DNA of 61,196 nt from Burkholderiales bacterium (GTDB lineage: Bacteria > Pseudomonadota > Gammaproteobacteria > Burkholderiales > Usitatibacteraceae): the NCBI GenBank assembly GCA_038224475.1, contig JBBRFJ010000001.1, positions 1 through 61,196 on the forward strand, in the 5' to 3' direction. This document shows, one piece after another, positions 38,065-48,947 of the stretch (position 1 is its first letter; every line of letters begins with the position of its first letter). The translations under genes and the position numbers were made by a program. The notes beneath the pieces are model-generated. The model was not told where the DNA came from. It saw nothing but the letters and a program-made list of their open reading frames with translations, and made no database searches.

Positions 38065-40254
38065 TTATGGATCTATCAGGGTGACTTTTGCAGTTGACAC
38101 GCCGCCGCGTCCATCGCTGATTGTGTAGGTGAAGCTATCTGTGTTGAAGCAGAATATCGCGGGGACCAACAGCAGGCTTTTTCCATCGGCAGCGATCGAG
38201 ACGCGCGAGCCTTGTTGCGGTGAGGTTAGGGACGTAATGCGCAACGGATCGCCGTTTGGATCTCGATCATTGGCCAGCACATTAAGGGTCGCGGATGCAC
38301 CGCAGGCGACGGTGAAGGTGTCGTCTACGGCGATTGGCGGCTCGTTCGCAGCGGGTGGCTGCAGAGCGACGTTCACGGTTGCAGTCGCGGTCCCGCCCTT
38401 ACCATCACTAATGGTGTAAGTGAAGGTGTCGGTGCCTGCGCTACAGCTGGCTGGGTTGGGCGTATAGGCAATTTTATTGCTTGCAATTGTTGCGCTGCCT
38501 TTGCCTGGGTTTGACACGCCGGTGATCGTTAACGCGTCATTTTCTGGGTCGGTATCGTTGGCAAGAACATTAAAGGTCGTGACCGCACCGCAGGCCGCGG
38601 TAACGCTGTCGTTTACGGCGTTTGGCGGGCGATTCAAAAAGCGCCGGGTCCCAGATGTATCGGTGGCTGAGGTCTGCGTGAATCGATAAACATCCACGCT
38701 GGTTTTGTGCGGCACGGAATTACGAAGCGCACGATCTCTCCACGGATTCGGCGCATCTTCAATCACTTCACGCGATACCTGACGATCAATCATCGGCGCG
38801 GTGGCGGTGGTGTTTGCGAGATTTAGTGAAGGCGAGGGCTTGCTTGGCGCTACTGCAGTGGCCGGTAGATTAGGGACCGCTTTGGAAATGACGACTTCTG
38901 TATCCGCGCGGCGATGGCGGAAGCCCAGGCCTTTGCCTTCTGGATACTTTGAATCGCCTTTGCCCGCTTTGCCTACTGTTTTGATGACTTCCGCCGCAAT
39001 GCCTTTGGAGACCAGATATTTCTTCACGGCATCTGCGCGACGTTGCGACAGCGGAAAGTTATTGCGGTCCGAACCGGTCGGGCAAGTGTGCCCGGTGATA
39101 TCGACCTTGATCGATGCATATGGCTTGGCGCTTTCGACCCGCGTCATGAGTTCATCAAGCTCTTTGATGGCTTTGGGTTTGAGCTTGGATCCGCCCAGAT
39201 CGAAATAGGTTTCTTGTGCATCCTTTGCGGCAGGCACGGCACTCAGCAACGTTGTCTGTGAGTTTGTACTCGCGCCTGCGGAAGTCTCGGTTTGAGTTGC
39301 GGTTATCACTTCGGGAGCTTTCCAGCTTGGATCTGGCACCCGCTCGCTTGACACTACTGTTCGGGTAATTTTGCTAGGACGGAAATTCGATGGCGGCGCG
39401 CCGAACTCATAGCGTAACGTTGCCATGCCGCGGGTATCGCTTCGGTCGGTGACAAATTGCCCGTTGCGACGGTTAGCCTCGATCGACAGTGCCAGTGAAA
39501 TGCCGCTGCCCTCGAAAAACTTTTCACCGACCAGTGACGCTGTGGTTTGGTGATTTGAAAATTTGCCCGTATCGTAATCAAGGCCAGCGGTTAAACGTAA
39601 TAACTTGGCTTCATAAAAGTGGCCAATCCTCGCGCCGACACCCCATTCGAAAGGACGCTGGAAGACATTGGTCACGGTAGTGGTGGTGACATCCTGTTCG
39701 AACGGGCGGCCCGCATCGGCACCAGTGATCGTGCGGGTGGCCGCCGTCGTGGCGCTGTCGGTAAGACGCGCGCCGGTCAGGCCTTTACTTAAATACGTGG
39801 TCCAGTACCAGTTTTGATATTCTTGCCCACCGCCAAGCGTGAGCTTACGCACATTGTTTTCGCCCTGATCAGCCGCGATAAAAACTTTATTTACGCTGGT
39901 TTCAGAGCCCAGCCAATTGCGCGATAGTTTTAGGCCGCCTGCGTGACGTGCCGCCCATGCCTCGGCGAGAGTGGCGGAATCCGCAGCACTTTGCATCACC
40001 TGAAAAATCTCCGCGCGTCCGTTAAGTTCGCTATCAAAGCCCACTCCCACGCGTGTGTCGCCGCCCACATATCGCAAGGTGGTTCCAGCTGATTTATTGG
40101 CGGTATTGTTGTCCGTCGCAACTTGCGCTACCGCAGGCCTCACCATCGCTGCGCCGAAAAAAAGGATTGCAAGTGCTGTGTTGGTGGCCGCGATTGCTTT
40201 TGCGGCACCAGTGCCGTTTGCGGGGTTAATGGGGTTATTGGGGTTGTTATTCAT
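38065..40254 (-). CDS. OmpA-family protein with two C-terminal cadherin-like/Ig-like repeats
   Basis: Signal peptide. OmpA_C motif ITGHTCPTGSDRNNFPLSQRRADAVKKYL at about aa 347-457. Two ~90-aa repeats (aa 542-631 and 638-729) share the pattern VxDxxTxACGAxxTxNVLANDxDPxxDxLxIT...TDxFTYTISDGxGG. Confidence 0.85.
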   Translation of the reverse strand: MNNNPNNPINPANGTGAAKAIAATNTALAILFFGAAMVRPAVAQVATDNNTANKSAGTTLRYVGGDTRVGVGFDSELNGRAEIFQVMQSAADSATLAEAWAARHAGGLKLSRNWLGSETSVNKVFIAADQGENNVRKLTLGGGQEYQNWYWTTYLSKGLTGARLTDSATTAATRTITGADAGRPFEQDVTTTTVTNVFQRPFEWGVGARIGHFYEAKLLRLTAGLDYDTGKFSNHQTTASLVGEKFFEGSGISLALSIEANRRNGQFVTDRSDTRGMATLRYEFGAPPSNFRPSKITRTVVSSERVPDPSWKAPEVITATQTETSAGASTNSQTTLLSAVPAAKDAQETYFDLGGSKLKPKAIKELDELMTRVESAKPYASIKVDITGHTCPTGSDRNNFPLSQRRADAVKKYLVSKGIAAEVIKTVGKAGKGDSKYPEGKGLGFRHRRADTEVVISKAVPNLPATAVAPSKPSPSLNLANTTATAPMIDRQVSREVIEDAPNPWRDRALRNSVPHKTSVDVYRFTQTSATDTSGTRRFLNRPPNAVNDSVTAACGAVTTFNVLANDTDPENDALTITGVSNPGKGSATIASNKIAYTPNPASCSAGTDTFTYTISDGKGGTATATVNVALQPPAANEPPIAVDDTFTVACGASATLNVLANDRDPNGDPLRITSLTSPQQGSRVSIAADGKSLLLVPAIFCFNTDSFTYTISDGRGGVSTAKVTLIDP

Positions 40255-40407
40255 TGCTATCCCTTAAGGTTTGCCCCAAACATTATTGCGTTGGGAAGTC
40301 TGACGATTTTGGCGCGGCTTGAAACTAGCTTGGTGATTTGGCGATGGTTTAGATAGTAAGTGAACTTGGTTGGGTGTAGATGACGGTAGGTTTGAAGCGG
40401 TCATTGT

Positions 40408-40893
40408 TCAGTCTGGTTTGGGAGCTTTGTTCAAGCCTTTAATCGTGTCGCCGACATTAACCTTGTGGGTGTTAAACCAAGCGGCGTTCATCTCCAGCGC
40501 AAAGCGAGCCGGCCCGGCTGCTTGGTGAGAAATTTCCGTTTGTGGTTGCATCTCGTGGATGCTAAGAATTTTGCCGCTGTCATCCATGTACGCGACGCTG
40601 AGCGGAATTAGAGTATTTTTCATCCACATGGCGTGGTATGCCAGTTGCGGGAATACAAACATCATTCCTTCGTTTTTGCCCATTTGCTTGCGAAACATCA
40701 GCCCTACCTGGCGTGCGCTTTCAGTGGCCGCAACATCAGCATGCACGGTCTGCCCGCCGACTGAGAGCGTGATTTTGGGCAGGCCTGTTTGTGGTTTTTC
40801 ATCAGCGGCCTTTTGGGCGTGGGCTACTTGGTTTGGCAAAAATAGTCCAAAAAGTAACGCCGCAAATGTAGCTCGAACCAGTGTTTTGATCAT
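40408..40893 (-). CDS. DUF192 domain protein
   Basis: Signal peptide plus MMFVFPQ...AMWMKNTLIPLSVAYMD, typical of DUF192. Confidence 0.75.
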   Translation of the reverse strand: MIKTLVRATFAALLFGLFLPNQVAHAQKAADEKPQTGLPKITLSVGGQTVHADVAATESARQVGLMFRKQMGKNEGMMFVFPQLAYHAMWMKNTLIPLSVAYMDDSGKILSIHEMQPQTEISHQAAGPARFALEMNAAWFNTHKVNVGDTIKGLNKAPKPD

Positions 40894-41034
40894 GGTGCAC
40901 TCGACAAATAGGATTTTGAAATGAAGCTATGTGGAAAAATTTCGATTGGCTTTTTCGAACTAACTTTGGAACCCGTCCGCAACGCACGCTACCTGCGTTT
41001 GCAATGGAGATGGCGCTTAAATTTACCGAATGGA

Positions 41035-41484
41035 TTACTTTTTGCCCGTGCTGCCAAATCCACCTTCGCCCCGCACCGATTCCGAAAACTCGTCAACAAT
41101 ATTGAATTCGACCTGAGCGACCGGCACCAAGATGAGCTGCGCAATACGCTCCATCGGCTGCATCGTAAATTCAGTATGGCCGCGATTCCAGACCGACACA
41201 AAAATCTGACCTTGATAGTCCGAATCAATGAGGCCTACCAAATTCCCCAGCACGATGCCGTGCTTATGCCCCAAGCCTGAGCGCGGCAATACCAGCGCCG
41301 CGTAGCCCGAATCGGCAATGTGAATGGCAATACCGGATGGCACCAAATTGGTTTCGCCAGGTTTTAGCGTCATGCTTGATTCAATACACGCACGCAAATC
41401 CAGTCCGGCTGAGCCGGGGGTTGCATACTGAGGAAGCTGGTCGTGAAGGCGGCCATCCAGAATTTTGACATCCAGCTTATGCAT
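41035..41484 (-). CDS. dut: dUTP diphosphatase
   Basis: [21 protein letters not shown] and GLIDSDYQG motifs. Confidence 0.95.
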   Translation of the reverse strand: MHKLDVKILDGRLHDQLPQYATPGSAGLDLRACIESSMTLKPGETNLVPSGIAIHIADSGYAALVLPRSGLGHKHGIVLGNLVGLIDSDYQGQIFVSVWNRGHTEFTMQPMERIAQLILVPVAQVEFNIVDEFSESVRGEGGFGSTGKK

Positions 41485-42892
41485 TGAGCGCTCGCGGTAT
41501 TTTGGTAGATTCGGTTGACGTGCTCGCTGTTGGCGCTATAGCAATACAGGTTTCGCTGTTTGCAGCGCTTTCAGTGCCTTGGGAAATATGTTGCGTCAAA
41601 TAAAGCTTGGTCACGTGCGTGACGATGTCGTTTGCGATTTTTGTCTTGCCGGCTTTTGGAATCGGATGTTCGCCTGCGTCATCAATAATCGTGACCTCAT
41701 TGTCGTTTGCGCCAATCGCCTCGGTTGCCAAATTTGCGACAATTACGGGGATACGCTTGGCCTGCCGCTTTTTGCGAGCATATTCAATGACGTTCTCGCT
41801 TTCTGCCGCGAAGCCGATACAGAAAGGGGGCCTAGGAAGTGCTGCTACCGTCGCCAGGATGTCAACAGTGGATTTTAGTTCTAACGTTAAACTATCGCTA
41901 GACTTCTTCATTTTTTGTAAATGCGAGATTATGGGTGTGTAGTCGGCAACAGCAGCTACCGCGAAAAATAGCTTAACGTCGCTTATTTTATGCATTACAG
42001 CATCCAACATCTCCGAAGCGGTTTTGACTTGAATGGTATTTGTATTGCTTGGTGCTGGAAGGGAAGTTGGTCCGGTCACAAGCGTGACAATAGCACCTGC
42101 ATCGCGCAGCGCTTCTGCCACCGCGTAACCCATTTTCCCCGAGCTGGAATTGGTAATGCCCCGGACTGGGTCAATCGCTTCAAAAGTTGGACCAGCCGTG
42201 ACCAATGCGGTGATGCCAGCAAGCGGTTTAAATAAGCTTTTTGAAGCAAAGAAAGTTTCAATTTCTCCAAGCAAGATTGCAGGCTCCAACATCCGGCCCA
42301 AACCTGTTTCACCGCATGCTTGCTCACCGGCATCAGGCCCCAAGATGATTACGCCATCTCCCCGTAGCCGCGCCACGTTTCGCTGTGTGGCCGGGTTTTC
42401 CCACATTTCACGATTCATTGCGGGTGCAAGCATAAGCGGGCATGCGCTGGCGTTACGTGCGATACAAAGTGTGGACAGTAAATCGTTGCACTGGCCGTTG
42501 GCGAGTTTCGCGATGAAATCGGCCGTGGCTGGCGCAATCAGAATGGCATCCGCGTGTCGCGACAACTCGATGTGCGCCATGCCATTCGGGATTTCATCGT
42601 CCCACAAATCAGAAAATACGCGCTTTCCGGAAAGTGCCTGCAATGTGGTCGCGGTGATAAACTTGGCCGCTGCATCTGTCATGACTACTTGCACATCAAA
42701 CGCCGATTTTTGGAGTAGGCGAGTTAACTCTGCCGATTTATAAGCTGCTACGCCGCCTGTAATACCCAGCACGATTGAGCGCTTCTTCACCGTAGGTTTG
42801 ATGCCCGCCGAGTTTGACGCAGACATTGGCTGGGACTCGGCCGAAGCACTGGCCTGTGGTACCGGCGTAGCAGATTGGGGAGGGCTCGTCAT
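41477..42892 (-). CDS. coaBC: bifunctional phosphopantothenoylcysteine decarboxylase / phosphopantothenate-cysteine ligase
   Basis: [12 protein letters not shown] flavoprotein motif and the [10 protein letters not shown] CoaB motif. Ser/Thr/Ala-rich N- and C-terminal extensions. 8-nt overlap with dut. Confidence 0.9.
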   Translation of the reverse strand: MTSPPQSATPVPQASASAESQPMSASNSAGIKPTVKKRSIVLGITGGVAAYKSAELTRLLQKSAFDVQVVMTDAAAKFITATTLQALSGKRVFSDLWDDEIPNGMAHIELSRHADAILIAPATADFIAKLANGQCNDLLSTLCIARNASACPLMLAPAMNREMWENPATQRNVARLRGDGVIILGPDAGEQACGETGLGRMLEPAILLGEIETFFASKSLFKPLAGITALVTAGPTFEAIDPVRGITNSSSGKMGYAVAEALRDAGAIVTLVTGPTSLPAPSNTNTIQVKTASEMLDAVMHKISDVKLFFAVAAVADYTPIISHLQKMKKSSDSLTLELKSTVDILATVAALPRPPFCIGFAAESENVIEYARKKRQAKRIPVIVANLATEAIGANDNEVTIIDDAGEHPIPKAGKTKIANDIVTHVTKLYLTQHISQGTESAANSETCIAIAPTASTSTESTKIPRALNA

Positions 42893-43028
42893 GGTCCGAA
42901 TTCTAACGTATGCAGAACCCAGTAAGATTCGAATATTTCATAAGCGCACAAATATTGTCGGAGCTATCAGCGAACGTTCTGCGCATTATTCGCGACTTAT
43001 AACGGTATAAAAATATGACGAGCTCAAT

Positions 43029-43706
43029 ATGTCAATAACCGAGTGGCCCGAAGATGAGCGACCCCGCGAGCGATTGCTTAAGCAAGGCGCTGCCGCGCTT
43101 TCTGATGCGGAATTGGTGGCAATATTCCTGCGGGTTGGCGTGAAAGGCAAAAGTGCGGTGGATCTGGCGCGCGATCTTGTCGCCAAGTTTGGAAGTTTGA
43201 ATGGGTTGTTCGCAGCCAGCGAAGCTGACCTTTGCGCGATCCGCGGCATGGGCCAGGCAAAATATGTCCAACTTCAAGCCGTGATCGAGATGGCCAGACG
43301 CGCCTTGGTCGAGGATATCAAGCTGACCGATGCGCTCGCATCGCCCAAATCCGTACGAGATTACCTAAGGCTAACCTTGGCACGCTTGCCGCATGAAGTG
43401 TTTGTGGCAGTTTTCCTTACGAGTCAAAACCGGGTGATAAAAGTTGAGGAAATTTTTCGCGGCACTTTAACACAAACTAGCGTCTACCCACGCGAAATCG
43501 TAAAGTTAGCACTTGCACATAACGCGGCATCAGTGATCTTTGCACACAACCATCCCTCTGGTGAACCCAACCCCAGCCAGGCGGATCGATCACTCACCAA
43601 AACGCTAGCCGACGCATTAGCGCTGATAGACGTGCGGGTACTCGATCATTTTATTGTTGCGCCGGGCGCATCGCTATCGTTCGCAGAGCAGGGAATGATG
43701 GGTTAA
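43029..43706 (+). CDS. radC: RadC-like JAB domain protein
   Basis: [23 protein letters not shown] (HhH region) and the JAMM motif [14 protein letters not shown]. Confidence 0.9.
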   Translation: MSITEWPEDERPRERLLKQGAAALSDAELVAIFLRVGVKGKSAVDLARDLVAKFGSLNGLFAASEADLCAIRGMGQAKYVQLQAVIEMARRALVEDIKLTDALASPKSVRDYLRLTLARLPHEVFVAVFLTSQNRVIKVEEIFRGTLTQTSVYPREIVKLALAHNAASVIFAHNHPSGEPNPSQADRSLTKTLADALALIDVRVLDHFIVAPGASLSFAEQGMMG

Positions 43707-43923
43707 ACGGAGTCGCAAAATGATAAACACCTTGCGCTAAGTGCTTGGTTTTGGTTATAATTTTGGGCTCGACTAACGTTTTTGACTATTCGATCTATCA
43801 AACTGGTCCGATACAAAAAAGTTAGTGGGGACCAAACCATACAACAATCAATGGAACCGGTTTTCTCGGTCCGCGCTTTGTTCAACGACGGGGCGCTTTA
43901 TCAACGTTTTAATGAGGTGCTTT

Positions 43924-44160
43924 ATGGCACGAGTTTGCCAAGTAACGGGCAAGGGCCCAATGGTGGGAAACAATGTTTCTCACGCCAACAACAAAACCAA
44001 ACGTCGTTTTCTGCCCAACCTGCAGAATCGCCGCTTCTGGGTTGAATCCGAGAACCGTTGGGTGCGCTTGCGCTTGACTAACGCCGGGCTTCGCACGATC
44101 GACAAAAAGGGCATTGATGTTGTCCTAGCCGATTTGCGCGCTCAAGGCGTCGCAGTCTAA
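43924..44160 (+). CDS. rpmB: 50S ribosomal protein L28
   Basis: Trimmed to [29 protein letters not shown]. Confidence 0.95.
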   Translation: MARVCQVTGKGPMVGNNVSHANNKTKRRFLPNLQNRRFWVESENRWVRLRLTNAGLRTIDKKGIDVVLADLRAQGVAV

Positions 44161-44190
44161 GCCAACGAATACTAGCCCAAAGGAAAAATC

Positions 44191-44346
44191 ATGCGCGATA
44201 AAATCAAACTCGAATCCACTGCTGGTACCGGTCATTTCTATACGACTAGCAAAAACAAACGCACCATGCCCGAGAAAATGGAGATCATGAAATTTGATCC
44301 TAAAGCTCGGAAACATGTGATGTACAAAGAGACAAAGCTGAAGTAA
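44191..44346 (+). CDS. rpmG: 50S ribosomal protein L33
   Basis: Missing from the track because it is under 60 aa. Hand translation gives [57 protein letters not shown] upstream. Confidence 0.92.
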   Translation: MRDKIKLESTAGTGHFYTTSKNKRTMPEKMEIMKFDPKARKHVMYKETKLK

Positions 44347-44370
44347 CCGAATTTTTATTTCGCCCGTTTC

Positions 44371-44412
44371 GCAATACAAAAAACCCGCTCAAGAGCGGGT
44401 TTTTTGTATTGC
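44371..44412 (+). terminator. intrinsic terminator after rpmG
   Basis: GCAATACAAAAAACCCGC ... GCGGGTTTTTTGTATTGC, a long palindrome with a T6 tail. Confidence 0.8.
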
Positions 44413-44532
44413 GAAGATTGGAAGCGACGCAGCCAACAAACTTGCTTTGTGCAACATCGGTTCTAGTCTAGGCGCGGCGTTTCGAGAAGAATTTCCTGAA
44501 GAGCCCCGCCAATACTAGAGTTTTAACTAAAA

Positions 44533-45729
44533 TTACGTATAAGCGCGCAGCTTCTTTGAGAATTGCTGTAGCGCCAATATGCCGGACGCCTCGGCACGCT
44601 TGCACCAATCTTCCAAGTTCGCGACTAATTCTTCTTTAGAAACGGTCGAGCGTTCCCACGTCGCCATTAATTCTTTTTTGAATGCATAGACTTTTTCCAG
44701 CACGCTGCTGCTCCCGAGCGCCGCGTCAAGGTGTTGCTGATGCTCAACGGCTAAAGAGTTGCGGTCGGCAATCATCCATTCTTTAAACCGGTTGTAGCCG
44801 CGGCTGGAGCGCATTCCGCTGAACGCCTTGCCATCAGCGCGCAAGCGACGGATTTCATCGCGGCATGTGGCTTTTAATGAGCGTGCATAGCCAGTGGTGA
44901 TTTCGAATCGGTGCGCAATGACGGATTGCACGGTTTCGATATCGCAGACTGCTTTATCTAAATTGAACTTCGGTTTTGGCGCGACTTTTTTGACTTTGGC
45001 CAGCCCCATTGTTTCCAACGCACGAATATATAACCAGCCCAAGTCGAATTCATACCAGCGCATCGAAAAACGTGCCGACGTTGGAAAGGCGTGGTGATTG
45101 TTGTGCAGTTCTTCTCCGCCAATCCAAAACGCGAGTGGTGTAATGTTTTTGCTGGTGTCGTTGACGGTGTAGTGGCGATAGCCCCAGAAGTGGCCGATGC
45201 CGTTGATGACGCCCGCGGCGTGAATTGGAATCCACGCCATTTGCGCGGCCCAGATGGTCGCACCGAGCGGTCCAAACAACAGCAAATTGGTAATCAACAT
45301 CAAGCCTGCGCCTTGCCAAGAATACTGCTCATAAACGTTACGTTCGATCCAGTCGTTTGGAACGCCATGGCTGTATTTTTCAAGCGTTTCCAGATTTTTG
45401 GATTCAGTCCGGTAGAGCTCGGCGCCTTCAGTTAAAACTTTTTTGATGCCGTAGTGCATCGGGCTGTGCGGGTCCTCGGCGGTTTCACATTTGGCGTGGT
45501 GTTTTCGGTGGATCGCGACCCATTCCTTCGTCACCATACCGGTCGTCAACCATAGCCAGAAGCGGAAAAAATGGCTTGGAATTGCGTGCAGATCGAGCCC
45601 CCGATGTGCCTGCGCACGGTGAAGAAAAATGGTGACGGCGGCGATTGTCACATGCGTAAGCGCAAGCGTCACCACGATGTAACCCCACCATGGCAATTCG
45701 ATCAAACCGTTCAAAAAAGAAATGTCCAA
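44533..45729 (-). CDS. membrane acyl-CoA/acyl-lipid delta-9-type fatty acid desaturase
   Basis: Histidine boxes HRAQAH, HRKHH and HNNHH. N-terminal TM helices. C-terminal ~130-aa soluble extension. Confidence 0.85.
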   Translation of the reverse strand: MDISFLNGLIELPWWGYIVVTLALTHVTIAAVTIFLHRAQAHRGLDLHAIPSHFFRFWLWLTTGMVTKEWVAIHRKHHAKCETAEDPHSPMHYGIKKVLTEGAELYRTESKNLETLEKYSHGVPNDWIERNVYEQYSWQGAGLMLITNLLLFGPLGATIWAAQMAWIPIHAAGVINGIGHFWGYRHYTVNDTSKNITPLAFWIGGEELHNNHHAFPTSARFSMRWYEFDLGWLYIRALETMGLAKVKKVAPKPKFNLDKAVCDIETVQSVIAHRFEITTGYARSLKATCRDEIRRLRADGKAFSGMRSSRGYNRFKEWMIADRNSLAVEHQQHLDAALGSSSVLEKVYAFKKELMATWERSTVSKEELVANLEDWCKRAEASGILALQQFSKKLRAYT

Positions 45730-45843
45730 CTAAATCTCCTGAAGAAAAACGCGACTAAATTGAAAATAAATTTTACGCTGAAACGTTTTCAGCGAACCCG
45801 CTATTTCCCTTAGATGGGGCCTAAGACACAAAAGTTTTAGAGC

Positions 45844-47199
45844 TTACGTGGTTAACTTAGGTTGCGGCTTTGTGCTAATCGCGGCGCTCGTGTTTTCGCT
45901 CGAATTCTCATTGCCGTCTACAATTAAACTTTTTACGATACTATCGGTGACTTGGATGTCGCGCTGCTGGGCAGGAATTCGCACCCGCGCTTTTTGAAAC
46001 TCTCGCCAAATTTCCAGTAGTAGATCAGATCGAAGTACTGATTGGCCTTGATTTTCGTCGCTAATCCACACCGTCAGCTCGAGGTCGATGCCGTTTTCTC
46101 CCAGGCGGGTGACAAGCACGAGCGGCGCGGGTTGGCTGACGACGCGCGCGTGTTCCTTCGCTGAGGTCGTTAATATCTGTATCGCGATATCGAGATCGCT
46201 ATCGTAGGAAATAGTCACATTTGATTTGACGGCGACGCTCCGATCAGCAAACGCGTGATTAATAACCACGTTGGTGATCAGCGTGTCGTTGGGTATGATG
46301 GCCTCAGTACCATCAAAACCTTTGATGACGGTATATCGCGAGCGAATCGCGTCGACCAAGCCGTGACGCGAATCGACGGTGACCAAATCGCCTAATCTGA
46401 CCGAGCGATCCAGCAAAATAATAAAGCCAGAGACATAATTGCTCGCTATTTTTTGCAGGCCAAATCCTAGGCCCACGCCCAGCGCGCCGCCAAATACGGA
46501 CAGCATAGTGACATCAATATTTACCAGCTGCATGGCGATCAGGAGGCCGAACACCAGTGAGAGCGCACGAAGGATTTTGGCGATGACGACTCGCGAACTC
46601 ATATCAACAGTGGCCGCACTCATGATGCGTTTTTCGATCAAGCCTGACAGCCCGAGTGCCACGAAGACAGTCACCGTAGCGGACAAAACCGCCTCGATCA
46701 CTTGGCGCAACGTTACACTCTGCTTGCCAATCGGAAACTGAATTTCCTGGAGCGCCAGCAAGATCTCAGGCAGCGCACCGGTCAGATGCAGTGCCGCGAA
46801 TCCCCATGCGGCGAAAGCGATAAAACGCTCAAATGACTTTAGGAATGCGCTCGGTGGAATCAAGTGCCGCAACAAATAAACCGCGAGGCGTATCACGGCA
46901 AAAGACGCAATCAGCGGGATTGCAATATTGAGCAGAGGGGTGGGATGAAATTTGAGAAGTGCTAGTCGGGTCAGCCACGCTAAAATTAGAAATAGCAGAG
47001 GAAACGCAATCCGGTTCGCGCCGCCTGCGCCAATTTTGCGTATGCCCGGATCCAGATTTTCAGGTAGCCTTGCGCGCAATGCGCGCGCCACCAGCCAAGC
47101 CAAGGTACCTGCAGTTGCCAACGATCCGAGTTGCATCGCGCCTTGCGCCGAGACCAATGAATGCAAGACCGCATCTAAATCAAAACCTGCAGAAATCAT
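45844..47199 (-). CDS. MscS-family mechanosensitive channel
   Basis: Multiple N-terminal TM helices and the MscS core ASNYVSGFIILLDRSVRLGDLV. ATGA overlap with rsmB. Confidence 0.85.
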   Translation of the reverse strand: MISAGFDLDAVLHSLVSAQGAMQLGSLATAGTLAWLVARALRARLPENLDPGIRKIGAGGANRIAFPLLFLILAWLTRLALLKFHPTPLLNIAIPLIASFAVIRLAVYLLRHLIPPSAFLKSFERFIAFAAWGFAALHLTGALPEILLALQEIQFPIGKQSVTLRQVIEAVLSATVTVFVALGLSGLIEKRIMSAATVDMSSRVVIAKILRALSLVFGLLIAMQLVNIDVTMLSVFGGALGVGLGFGLQKIASNYVSGFIILLDRSVRLGDLVTVDSRHGLVDAIRSRYTVIKGFDGTEAIIPNDTLITNVVINHAFADRSVAVKSNVTISYDSDLDIAIQILTTSAKEHARVVSQPAPLVLVTRLGENGIDLELTVWISDENQGQSVLRSDLLLEIWREFQKARVRIPAQQRDIQVTDSIVKSLIVDGNENSSENTSAAISTKPQPKLTT

Positions 47200-48773
47200 T
47201 TTCCGGTGGGGTTGCGCGCGGTGGTTGTTTTCTTGGACGTGTTTTTAGCTACCGCGACAGAACCGACGGATTTGACGCTTGCTTTGGTCTTTGGTGTTGT
47301 TTTAGGCGCCGCCTTGTTATTGGCCTTGCGCGTTTTGGGCATGCTCGGTGTTTGTGCTACATCCGCCTTGCCCGTTTTAGCTGCGGTTTTGGATTTTGAC
47401 TTGGCGATCGACAGCGCGGTACGTTTGGTTTTTGCGGCATCGTTATCAGCGTCTGTCGATTCTACGTCGGTCTTCGCGGGTGCTTTAGGGCCGTTTTTTG
47501 CCGCTGCCTTGGTCGCGCCGGAACGTACTAACAAAGCCGCGAAAAAGCCATCTGTGCCGTGCGTCTGCGGTGATAGCCGGAGATAAGGATCCATCCCTTT
47601 CAGTTCAATTTTTTGGCGCTTGAAAACTTCGTCCGCCGAGACGAGTGCGAAATCAGCATGCGTGCTGAGAAAGGCCTCGACAATCATTTCATTTTCTTCG
47701 CGCAGCAGGCTACATGTGGCGTATACCAGATGCCCGCCGGAAGTGACGAGTTTAGCGGCTGCATTAAGAATGGAGGTTTGCTTGACGTTAAGTTCAGCCA
47801 GACCAGCCTCGGATTGGCGATATTTCAGATCCGGGTTGCGTCGCAAGGTACCCAAACCAGTGCACGGCGCGTCAACTAGCACACGATCCAGCTTGCCGGC
47901 GAGGCGCTTAATTTTAGTGTCGTTCTCACTGACAATGCGAATCGCTTGCACATTCGACAACCCAGATCGCTTCAAGCGAGGGCCTAAGTTGGCGAGACGC
48001 TTTTCGGACACGTCAAATGCGTATAGGCGACCGGTGGAAGCCATGGAGGCGCCAATCAGTAGCGATTTGCCGCCGGCACCCGCGCAGAAATCCGCGACCA
48101 TTTCGCCACGTTTTGCGTCCAGTAACAGGCCAAGCAGTTGGCTGCCTTCATCTTGAACTTCGACAAACCCTTCAAGGAAAGCCGGATGTTTGGCAAGCGA
48201 AATCTTGTCGGCCAGACGAATGCCTAGCGGCGAATAAGTCGTCGGCACGCATGCAATACCTTCTTGTTCAAAACGCTTCAACACCGCGTCACGCTTGGCT
48301 TTGAGCGAATTGACACGTAAATCCAATGGCGCTGGTCGCATCATCGATTGACCCAACTTGATGATTTCGTCATCCGACATGAATTTACTGAGTCGGCTCA
48401 AGACCCAATCAGGCAGTTCGGCTTCGACCCCGAGCGGCAAGCCGGTCGGATTTTTGCCTTTGAGCTCTTGGAGCCACACCGCTTCATCGCGTTTCAAGAC
48501 AGTGTTTAAATCACCGATACTGACTTTTTGGAAGCGCGTCATCGCCAAAAGCGCCATCGCGCGTGGATTGGCTTTGGGTGAGAAATGAGCGATCAGGCGA
48601 CGATGACGCAATACCGCAAATACGGTTTCAGCGATGAAACCGCGGTCGCGATGACCCAGCTTGGGACGATCCCGAAAAAATAGCTTCAGGCTCATGTCTG
48701 CGGGAGTGACCAGCGGCAAGACCAGCGTGAGCGCCTCGACTAGGGCGTTAAAGAGTGCGTGAGTTATTGGCAT
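47196..48773 (-). CDS. rsmB: RsmB/NOP-family 16S rRNA (cytosine-C5)-methyltransferase with a Lys/Ala-rich C-terminal tail
   Basis: SAM motif VADFCAGAGGKS and catalytic regions DAPCTGLGTLRRNPD and YATCSL. The last ~110 aa are K/A/T/P-rich. Confidence 0.85.
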   Translation of the reverse strand: MPITHALFNALVEALTLVLPLVTPADMSLKLFFRDRPKLGHRDRGFIAETVFAVLRHRRLIAHFSPKANPRAMALLAMTRFQKVSIGDLNTVLKRDEAVWLQELKGKNPTGLPLGVEAELPDWVLSRLSKFMSDDEIIKLGQSMMRPAPLDLRVNSLKAKRDAVLKRFEQEGIACVPTTYSPLGIRLADKISLAKHPAFLEGFVEVQDEGSQLLGLLLDAKRGEMVADFCAGAGGKSLLIGASMASTGRLYAFDVSEKRLANLGPRLKRSGLSNVQAIRIVSENDTKIKRLAGKLDRVLVDAPCTGLGTLRRNPDLKYRQSEAGLAELNVKQTSILNAAAKLVTSGGHLVYATCSLLREENEMIVEAFLSTHADFALVSADEVFKRQKIELKGMDPYLRLSPQTHGTDGFFAALLVRSGATKAAAKNGPKAPAKTDVESTDADNDAAKTKRTALSIAKSKSKTAAKTGKADVAQTPSMPKTRKANNKAAPKTTPKTKASVKSVGSVAVAKNTSKKTTTARNPTGK

Positions 48774-48947
48774 AACTGGCTATTATCGCTTATCGAGGCC
48801 CCTCTTGGGAAATTTAGCTGAGAAAATTAGCCAAGTAACGAGAATAGCCGGCCCAAATCTTCTAAAATTTATGGGCAATATACTTAAGCGTTCCATCGCG
48901 TTTGGGTGCGTTAAAGGGCGTGCAGCTTAACGGAGTCACGTTTCGGC

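Noticed and set aside
40921-41280. 119-aa and 79-aa ORFs overlapping dut on the opposite strand or in other frames
   Set aside because: dut motifs are unambiguous on the minus strand, so these are shadow ORFs.
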